Source: Candidatus Woesearchaeota archaeon (lineage in GTDB: Archaea; Nanobdellota; Nanobdellia; Pacearchaeales; GW2011-AR1). Taken from it: a DNA stretch of 56,799 nucleotides. Numbering within the stretch: the first letter of the stretch is position 1; each line of letters opens with the position of its first letter. The stretch is from NCBI GenBank assembly GCA_964344105.1, contig CAYFMD010000005.1, positions 1-56,799 of the forward strand, written 5' to 3'. The notes under the pieces are model-generated. The model saw only the letters and a program-made list of their open reading frames with translations, had not been told where the DNA came from and did no database searches. A program made the position numbers and the translations under genes. Positions 49,986-56,799 of the stretch are shown piece after piece.

Positions 49986-50690
49986 ATGGAAGACAACATA
50001 AGAGAGGCATTTAATCGAGTCAAAGAAGACATAAATTTTCTAAATGAAGAAATTTTAGACATAAAAGAAACTATGGATGAGCTCCATATTATCATGAAAA
50101 ACCTTACAAATAAGCTTGAAACACAAGAAAAACAAGCTTCGACAGACAGACAGACACTTCGACAGCCAAATCAGACACAAAATGTGACTTCGACACATAC
50201 TTCGACAGTTCCACAGGAAGTAGGGGGGTTAAAACCACTAAATTTACCTATTTCCATAGGAAATCAAGGGGTTTCGACAGACAGACAGACAGACACTCAG
50301 ACAGACAATTCGACACATATTTCCCTTGTAAATACAAATAATACAATAGATTCTGACATACAAGAAGCAACTGAAATGCTTGATTCTTTAGACTCATTAA
50401 AGAAGGAAATTAGGCTCAAATTTAAGCACCTTACTACACAAGAGATGCTTGTTTTCTCGACGATATACCAGTTAGAAGAGCAAGGAAATACCGAGATAAC
50501 TTACAAACTTCTATCTACGACATTAAAGCTATCTGAGAGCTCAATAAGAGACTACATACAGCGTATGATAAACAAAGGAATTTCTATCAATAAAGAGAAG
50601 GTAAATAACAAGAAATTACTCTTATCTATCTCACCAAATCTAAAGAAAATAGCCTCCTTACCTACAATAATGCAGCTTAGAGAGCTTTAA
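49986..50690 (+). CDS. Coiled-coil, repeat-encoded linker, wHTH protein (paralog A)
   Basis: AFNRVKEDI coiled coil; STDRQT repeats; LTTQEMLVF...TYKLLSTTLKLSESSIRDYIQRMINKG wHTH. Confidence 0.8.
   Translation: MEDNIREAFNRVKEDINFLNEEILDIKETMDELHIIMKNLTNKLETQEKQASTDRQTLRQPNQTQNVTSTHTSTVPQEVGGLKPLNLPISIGNQGVSTDRQTDTQTDNSTHISLVNTNNTIDSDIQEATEMLDSLDSLKKEIRLKFKHLTTQEMLVFSTIYQLEEQGNTEITYKLLSTTLKLSESSIRDYIQRMINKGISINKEKVNNKKLLLSISPNLKKIASLPTIMQLREL
50138..50315 (+). repeat. Intragenic repeat block: 6x TTCGACA, (GACA)4, (GACA)5 and two ORB-like boxes
   Basis: TTCGACA at 50138, 50158, 50189, 50201, 50273, 50309; GTTCCACAGGAAGTAGGGGGG at 50208-50228; TTTCCATAGGAAATCAAGGGG at 50251-50271. Confidence 0.85.
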
Positions 50691-50996
50691 ACCATTAAAT
50701 TTAACTACTTCACACTTAAAATCTATATATTAACCCTTAGAATCAATCTATTTTCGGTATACCGAATTTAGGCCAAATATGTGCATAATAAAGCAAATAG
50801 CATAATAACATTCATGCTTTCAGGCCTTTAAAACCCCATATTTAGCTATTTAAGGACTTTAAACCTAGGCTCTCATTTTTCACACTTAGAGCATTAATTT
50901 TTTCCTGAGCACTTAACTTTCACTCATTTTTCACAATTTCCACCCTTTTTCCTATCCTCACATTTCCCTATTTTGGCCTTCAGAGGGTTCAATAAC

Positions 50997-51359
50997 TCAC
51001 TTTTCTCGTCGGTAAAGGAATTATTGACCCTCTCCTTTCACTTTTCTACTTATTAGGCAGATACCCTATGTACACTAACACTCACTTTTCGCATATTTTT
51101 GTATGAATATAACCATTTTCCACTATTATTTCACCCTTTTAACTCTCACTTTTCACCTTTTTCACGCTCAATCTATGTGTAAACCCTCTATTTTCACAAA
51201 AAACAGTGCTTTTTTGGCTATTTTTCCCTCACTTTTCGTCATTTTCCGCTATTCCTCACCTTATTTGTTTTTAACAATAAATCCCGAGTTTTCTCTGGGA
51301 TATAGACCCTTTTTTTGTTGTTTTCACCAATGATCTCTTCAATCAAACCTTCACTTTTC
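50997..51359 (+). repeat. Six co-oriented TCACTTTTC repeats
   Basis: At 50997, 51038, 51082, 51146, 51229 and 51351. Confidence 0.75.
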
Positions 51360-51832
51360 TGTCTTATACTATTCACCTGACCCCTAATAGTTGACTTCCT
51401 CTTTCCAAGCATTGCAGCCAAGTCCTCATAGCTTAACTTCAAATCAGAGTTCATTAGCACAAATACTATTGCTCTCTCATTTGTTGTTAAATTGTCCAAA
51501 AATACTGTTTGGACAGTTGATTGAACAGTGTTTAAAACATCAACATCAGCTGTCTGTTTGTTAAACACTGTTGGTGACTGTTGGTAGAACGACCCTTTTC
51601 CAACAATTGCCAGCATGTTTTTTATGTTCTCTAGCTCATCTCTCGCCGTCGCTAATTCCTCTTTTAGCTCCTCCATATCACTGTTTACTTCAGAATTATG
51701 CTTGTCCAAGTGTTTAATCCACTGACTATAGCTGTCCATGTCCTGTTTAACCTTGTTAAAGCCTGTTTGAACAGCCATCTTCAACTCATCAACATCCCTT
51801 TTTTCAGCCTTTTTTGTAAAAAATCCAAACAT
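51239..51832 (-). CDS. Coiled-coil, linker, wHTH protein (paralog B)
   Basis: GFNKVKQDM coiled coil; LTTNERAIV...LSYEDLAAMLGKRKSTIRGQVNSI wHTH. Confidence 0.8.
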   Translation of the reverse strand: MFGFFTKKAEKRDVDELKMAVQTGFNKVKQDMDSYSQWIKHLDKHNSEVNSDMEELKEELATARDELENIKNMLAIVGKGSFYQQSPTVFNKQTADVDVLNTVQSTVQTVFLDNLTTNERAIVFVLMNSDLKLSYEDLAAMLGKRKSTIRGQVNSIRQKSEGLIEEIIGENNKKRVYIPEKTRDLLLKTNKVRNSGK

Positions 51833-52318
51833 AAAATATACTACTCTTTCACATATATAAACCTTTCTCTCAGCGTCTATAAAACCAAGTTTTATCGAAG
51901 ATAAAACTAATAGATTAAAAATAATAAAATTTAATATTTTTTATCACCAACGGTAAATACTACAAAAAACACCATTTTTTGTCAAAAATAGCCCTAAAAA
52001 AGCCAAAAAACAACCATTTAATTACCAATAATTAACAAAATTTAGCTAAAAAATTAACAAAAAACCGCTTAAAATTATTAGTTTAGACAATATCTTCGAC
52101 AAATAAACAAAATTAACTAAAAATTAATATTAAATTACCACACATATTTAATCAATTTTTACTAATATTCTTATTAAAAAAAGCCTTAAAAAAGCCGTTT
52201 AAGCACTTTTTTAACAAAATTTAAACTAAAATAAGCAAATAACCCTTATATTTATAAAATCAGCAAAATTCATGGATTTGTAAAAAAGTAGTGAAAAATT
52301 TATAAGAATTACACGAAC

Positions 52319-52497
52319 GAAAGCTGCAAAATTCACAGTTTCTAAAAAAGCGGCTTTCAACCAAAAACCTAGCTTGAGCTGGATTTACAACCCAGCAAGT
52401 TTTGGTTGTCCTAGTAGTAGCAGGAGCAAACCAAAATCAAGATTAGGCATAACTAGACACATCTCTAGAAAATTGCCAAACAGCCCTCAATTTTCTA
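52319..52497. ncRNA. Candidate structured non-coding element (consecutive hairpins)
   Basis: Stems 52319-27/52350-58, 52358-66/52400-08, 52378-82/52392-96, 52466-75/52488-97; TATA-like AAATTTATAA near 52296-52305. Confidence 0.4.
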
Positions 52498-52575
52498 AAT
52501 TAACTCTCGCCCAAATCATAATGTTTTTATATCTGAATTAAGTAGTTATACTATCTGAACCAAAAGGAGGTCAAA

Positions 52576-52788
52576 ATGAAGAAAGATTCAAAAGGAAAAG
52601 GTGGCATGTGTGAATGCGGAACCTGTAATTGGGTTCAATGGGTACTTCCATTAGTACTATTGGCTGTAGCACTTGTACCAGGATGGCTAACATCTACATG
52701 GGGTAAATGGGTTGTAATAATCGTTGCAGCACTTTACATCATAAAGAGGTTAAAGCCTTGCAAAGCCTGCATGGCTAATTGCAAATAA
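52576..52788 (+). CDS. Small 2-TM protein with Cys clusters at both termini
   Basis: SD AAGGAGGT; CECGTC...CKACMANC. Confidence 0.75.
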   Translation: MKKDSKGKGGMCECGTCNWVQWVLPLVLLAVALVPGWLTSTWGKWVVIIVAALYIIKRLKPCKACMANCK

Positions 52789-52814
52789 ATTCATTATTTT
52801 TATTTTTACTATAC

Positions 52815-52849
52815 TTTATCTTAAACTTCATTGAAGTTTGAGAGATAAA
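52815..52849. terminator. Hairpin downstream of the small Cys-rich gene
   Basis: TTTATC-TTAAACTTCA-T-TGAAGTTTGA-GA-GATAAA, preceded by a T-rich run. Confidence 0.4.
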
Positions 52850-53012
52850 AATTTTAATTTTTATATCCCTAAAAAACTAAAACTTTTAATCAAAACCCAA
52901 TACTTTTAACACGTATAAAAGTAGTGGTTAAATAGGTTATTTTTAATAAATTGTAGTAGTTAAATGCAATATTTACCAAAATTCTTATAAAGTAAATATC
53001 TGTAGCTTTTTT

Positions 53013-53261
53013 ATGACCTTTAATAGAAAAGAAGCAGCTGGACTTGGAATATACTTGACCTTATTAGCAGGCACTGCAATATATTGTCTAAGGCCTGGTA
53101 CTAGTGAACATGAATCTCACAACTCATTAGCTGCAGAACAAAGAGAATTTGATTTAAACGGTAATGGTAAGATTGATGGATTGGAGGGTCATGCTCGTGA
53201 TTTATACTTGAGACATGAATATGATTATAGTTCTATGTCAAGAGCCCATCTTAGGAAGTAG
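53013..53261 (+). CDS. Small membrane-anchored protein with EF-hand-like loop
   Basis: N-terminal TM; DLNGNGKIDGLE. Confidence 0.6.
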   Translation: MTFNRKEAAGLGIYLTLLAGTAIYCLRPGTSEHESHNSLAAEQREFDLNGNGKIDGLEGHARDLYLRHEYDYSSMSRAHLRK

Positions 53262-53430
53262 ATATTTTTATTAACGTCCTCTAAAGGATCCTCTTCATGT
53301 CAATAGATTAGAATATATTAACGTATTTTCCTCAAAAAACACTGATTTAAGCGTAAAATACAACTTTAAGCGTGAGAATTACGCACAACATTGATTATAC
53401 GAACTAGCTATTTATGCACAGGAGAAAACC

Positions 53431-53643
53431 TCAAAACTGAAAATCCATAATCCATTTCACAACAGAAATCACCATTATCATAATTCCAAGGCCCTTGGTG
53501 AAAACAGCTCCCTCATTTTTGTTATTTGCTTTAAAACTAAAGGGAACACTAAATGCATCATATAGCTGCTTTGAAAATAGATAAATTAAAAGCCCCATAG
53601 TGAAAAAGGTTACTGCAGAAATATTATTTACAATGTTCTCCAT
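53431..53643 (-). CDS. Small 2-TM hypothetical protein
   Basis: 70-aa ORF, two hydrophobic segments. Confidence 0.55.
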   Translation of the reverse strand: MENIVNNISAVTFFTMGLLIYLFSKQLYDAFSVPFSFKANNKNEGAVFTKGLGIMIMVISVVKWIMDFQF

Positions 53644-53786
53644 AGATTAACATGGCCCGAATATTATATAAATTTATCAGTTACCAAGATGCAAAAACTT
53701 TTAATCATCACCTAAAACTTTCTGCATAGGCAACGTAATGCCTAAATATATTAATTTCAATAAAAGTAGTACCTAATAACAATAAA

Positions 53787-53951
53787 TCAGGATTTTTTAT
53801 TCAACACAATCTTATTAACTTCCACACTAACCTCTAACTCGTCTCCCTCATCCAGCTTAGCCTTCTCAACTATCTCTGGAGGAATATTCACAACATATTT
53901 GAAATAATCTTTTTCATTATATTTTCGCAAGAATCTTTTCTGCAATTTCAT
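53787..53951 (-). CDS. AbrB/MazE/SpoVT-family DNA-binding protein (54 aa, below the ORF track cut-off)
   Basis: Manual translation MKLQKRFLRKYNEKDYFKYVVNIPPEIVEKAKLDEGDELEVSVEVNKIVLNKKS*. Confidence 0.8.
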   Translation of the reverse strand: MKLQKRFLRKYNEKDYFKYVVNIPPEIVEKAKLDEGDELEVSVEVNKIVLNKKS

Positions 53952-54037
53952 ACAAAACATAGGAAAGTAAGATTTATAAATTTTTAGGCACCGAAAGGTT
54001 TAAATATTTGAGGCACCTAACAATATTGGTGATAAAA

Positions 54038-54529
54038 ATGGCAAAAGAGAAAATAATGTGCAACAAGTGTGGAGAATTTAGACAAGCATACAATCAAGAA
54101 ATCTGTAATTGGTGTTACAGAAAACATTTTTGGAAACCAAAATTGATTGAATGTAAAAGATGTAAAAAAATGAAAAAACATCAAGCTAAGGGGTACTGTC
54201 CTGGATGCTACAACTATGTTTTTCATCTTGACAAAACAAAGGCAGGACAATATAGAAAGGATCATAACATAGATATTGAAACCTACAAAAGGATAACCAG
54301 CGAGTGCTTAATCTGCGGCTTTGATAAAGTAGTAGATTTACATCATCTCGATGAAAATAAAAAGAATAATTCAGAGAGTAATCTTGTAGGATTATGCCCA
54401 AATCACCATAAAATGCTACATGATTTTAAGTGGAGAAAGGAAACCTTGGATGAACTAAATAAGGTATTTAGATCCAAAGGGCTACCCGAATTCAAGGATC
54501 ACAAAGAATATTCTCATAGTGAGAATTAA
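54038..54529 (+). CDS. Zinc-finger HNH endonuclease-like protein
   Basis: Several CxxC pairs; CLICG..DLHHLD..N...NLVGLCPNHHKMLH; start taken at MAKEK. Confidence 0.85.
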   Translation: MAKEKIMCNKCGEFRQAYNQEICNWCYRKHFWKPKLIECKRCKKMKKHQAKGYCPGCYNYVFHLDKTKAGQYRKDHNIDIETYKRITSECLICGFDKVVDLHHLDENKKNNSESNLVGLCPNHHKMLHDFKWRKETLDELNKVFRSKGLPEFKDHKEYSHSEN

Positions 54530-54729
54530 CTAAAAAACCACGCCCCAAACCAACTAAATCCCACCACCATCAAAATAGTAATAATAACAGCTACCAATAT
54601 TATCTTCCAAAATTTCTTTAAGGTTTTATCTTGTTTGTCTCTATCTTCCTTCACTTTTTTAGTTGGAATCTCAGGAGTATATTTTGCATATCTAGTATCC
54701 CATTTCATTGGTAGCTGCTTAGCACTCAT
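54526..54729 (-). CDS. Small single-TM hypothetical protein
   Basis: C-terminal TM; 3 bp from the upstream gene. Confidence 0.55.
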   Translation of the reverse strand: MSAKQLPMKWDTRYAKYTPEIPTKKVKEDRDKQDKTLKKFWKIILVAVIITILMVVGFSWFGAWFFS

Positions 54730-54732
54730 TTT

Positions 54733-55275
54733 TCAAACACTAACTGCAGAACCTTCAAGAGAGTTAACAAAATCATCGAAAGGGAAATCACTGAAGGCAT
54801 ATTGTTCATTCCTAATTCTACTCATAACTCTTTCAAATTCATCATCACTTAAAAAATCTCCTCGATGCTCTGGATTTACTATAAATTCTTTTACATCAGT
54901 TGAATAATTCCATTGCCCTAAGGCAGATATATGGGTTTTCGGCTCAAAAAATAATTCCTTACCATCATAATGTAATTCCATCTCCAAAACCCTTGTTGCA
55001 TGTAATGATGGGTCTTTAAGATTTAGTATTCTCAATAATGCAGAATCATTATCTGCTCTAAGAACTGCTTGATCAGGATCTTTCTTATCAATAACCAATC
55101 TATACACTTCATAGCCTTCTCTTGTTAACGCTCTATCAATATAGAAAAAACCTTTAGGAACTTCATCTAATATTGGCATCGCAAGATGTGCACGAACGTC
55201 CTCCTCGCTACCTGAAAGATAGCGACCACAAGTATAACATGGATAAACAGTAATTCCTTTTAACTCATCAGTCAT
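54733..55275 (-). CDS. Hypothetical protein with N-terminal zinc-finger-like motif
   Basis: YPCYTCGR...VRAH. Confidence 0.6.
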   Translation of the reverse strand: MTDELKGITVYPCYTCGRYLSGSEEDVRAHLAMPILDEVPKGFFYIDRALTREGYEVYRLVIDKKDPDQAVLRADNDSALLRILNLKDPSLHATRVLEMELHYDGKELFFEPKTHISALGQWNYSTDVKEFIVNPEHRGDFLSDDEFERVMSRIRNEQYAFSDFPFDDFVNSLEGSAVSV

Positions 55276-55314
55276 AAATTAAGATAATAAAATCTACTTT
55301 AAATAAATTGTTGT

Positions 55315-56457
55315 TTACTCAAACAATCCCAAAAATTCACCATACCCTTCACTTTCCATTTCAGCCTTAGGCACAAACCTTAAAGCTGCCGAGTTCATAC
55401 AGTATCTCAAACCACCCTTATCCTTTGGACCATCCTTAAACACATGACCTAAATGACTATCTGCCTTAGCACTTCTCACTTCGGTCCTAGGAAACAACAA
55501 CTTATAATCAGTCTTCCGAACTATATTCTCTTCAACTAATGGCTTGGTAAAACTAGGCCATCCAGTTCCAGAATCATATTTATCCAAACTGCTATACAAA
55601 GGCTCCCCTGAAACAATATCTACATAAATCCCCTCTTCCTTGTTATCATTATATTCATTATCAAAAGCCCTTTCGGTTCCATCTTCTTGAGTAACCTTAT
55701 ATTGAATTGGACTGAGAATCTTTCTTAATTCTTCATCACTTGGCTTGACAAATTCCCCTCCATTTCCAGTAAAATGCCTATCAGCACCCCAAACACTATC
55801 AATATATTGATCCCTTCCACTACCCTTTCTATACAACTTATATCTCAAGGTATTCTTCTTACTATAATCTTGATGATAATCTTCGGCTGGGTAAAAGCTT
55901 GTCAAAGGGAGGATTGGGGTAACTAATGGCTTATCAAATCTTCCACTAGCCTCTAACTTAGCTTTGCTTTCTTCAGCCATCTTTTTCTGCTCATCATCTT
56001 CATAATAAATAGCCGTTGTATATTGGAATCCTCTATCAACAAACTGTCCTCCGTCGTCGGTAGGATCAATATGTCTCCAAAATAATTCCAACAAAACATT
56101 ATAGTCTAATTTCTTAGGATCATAAACTACCTGAACACCCTCCCTATGGCTTGTCTGTCCACTAGCAACTGCCTGGTAACTTGGATCTTCTTCCTCACCG
56201 TTAACAAATCCACTTATGACTTCTATAACTCCATCTCTCTGCTCAAAATCATATTCGCTACACCAGAAACATCCTCCAGAAAAAGTTGCTCGCTTGTACT
56301 TTCCTTGCTTAACCATCTCATTTAACTCAGTAAAGCTTAACTTATAATCGTTTTGCTCCTCGACATTTGCATCATTTAGCACATAAGTGAGACTTCCAAC
56401 AACTATCAGAACTACAACTAGTATCAACAAACCATATCTCATGCAACTATCTATCAA
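55315..56457 (-). CDS. msrAB: Bifunctional peptide methionine sulfoxide reductase MsrA/MsrB, membrane-anchored
   Basis: [33 protein letters not shown]. Confidence 0.95.
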   Translation of the reverse strand: MIDSCMRYGLLILVVVLIVVGSLTYVLNDANVEEQNDYKLSFTELNEMVKQGKYKRATFSGGCFWCSEYDFEQRDGVIEVISGFVNGEEEDPSYQAVASGQTSHREGVQVVYDPKKLDYNVLLELFWRHIDPTDDGGQFVDRGFQYTTAIYYEDDEQKKMAEESKAKLEASGRFDKPLVTPILPLTSFYPAEDYHQDYSKKNTLRYKLYRKGSGRDQYIDSVWGADRHFTGNGGEFVKPSDEELRKILSPIQYKVTQEDGTERAFDNEYNDNKEEGIYVDIVSGEPLYSSLDKYDSGTGWPSFTKPLVEENIVRKTDYKLLFPRTEVRSAKADSHLGHVFKDGPKDKGGLRYCMNSAALRFVPKAEMESEGYGEFLGLFE

Positions 56458-56471
56458 TCATAGTTAATAAA

Positions 56472-56702
56472 CTATTCTCCACCGTTGGTAAATCCACAAG
56501 AGTCGCATCTGTAGAATCTATAATGCAGATCAAATTCTTCTAGTGTAACATTCCCACTATCGCACCTAGGACACCTATAATCAATCTTTGGATGAATGCC
56601 CATGTCAGACCTTAAGATATGAGCCTCATTTATTATGCTCTTATTCTTAAAGGGTGCTTCAGATAGGAGGATGTCATCCTCGTTCGTATTCATGGCACTC
56701 AT
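56472..56702 (-). CDS. Small zinc-ribbon protein
   Basis: CPRCDS...CDSCGF. Confidence 0.6.
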   Translation of the reverse strand: MSAMNTNEDDILLSEAPFKNKSIINEAHILRSDMGIHPKIDYRCPRCDSGNVTLEEFDLHYRFYRCDSCGFTNGGE

Positions 56703-56799
56703 ACTTTTCAGAGGGTTCCAAACTTAATAAATATTGTGAATGTCGGAACGTGTCTAACAATTAATATCTCAACACAAATTTTTCCACCCCTGCACCTTA

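Noticed and set aside
50141..50307. (GACA)n as a simple phase-variation microsatellite
   Set aside because: Not excluded, but the arrays are short and interleaved with TTCGACA and ORB-like boxes, which slippage alone does not explain.
51103..51333. 76-aa plus-strand ORF (and 51698..51904)
   Set aside because: Low-complexity F/L/H translation of the pyrimidine-rich repeats, overlapping paralog B antisense.
50138..51359. CRISPR array interpretation of the repeats
   Set aside because: Units are 4-9 bp with irregular spacing, there are no 25-40 bp repeats with unique spacers, and no cas genes.
52319..52497. tRNA, SRP RNA or RNase P identity for the hairpin cluster
   Set aside because: No cloverleaf, T-loop or recognisable conserved SRP/RNase P motifs; kept only as an unknown candidate.

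Overview
Chromosomal segment of an AT-rich, small-genome archaeon. Gene content and style suggest DPANN, most like Pacearchaeota/Woesearchaeota (inference). Left: a type IV pilus-like locus (secretion ATPase, TadC-like platform, five class III signal-peptide proteins), then housekeeping genes (split Hef helicase and ERCC4 nuclease, Dph6, TyrRS, DRG-type GTPase, peptidases, an ECF S-component with a DUF4430-like partner). Centre: the replication locus (PolD DP2 and DP1, Cdc6/Orc1, and an oriC with inverted ORBs around an AT-rich DUE). Right: Lhr and metallophosphoesterase, a frameshifted cyclodipeptide synthase, a NUMOD3 nuclease, two convergent coiled-coil/wHTH paralogs, an AbrB/HNH pair and MsrAB. 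Two signals stand out. (1) A purA-like gene with the PurZ/PurZ0 Asp-to-Ser signature sits between the two PolD subunit genes with a divergent HTH-Nudix gene and a palindromic operator. (2) About 7 kb from oriC, ORB-like boxes and iteron-like repeats lie inside the coding sequence of a wHTH gene, and that locus shares further motifs with oriC. No rRNA, tRNA, CRISPR array or integrase was recognised. All calls come from reading motifs by eye; no searches were run.
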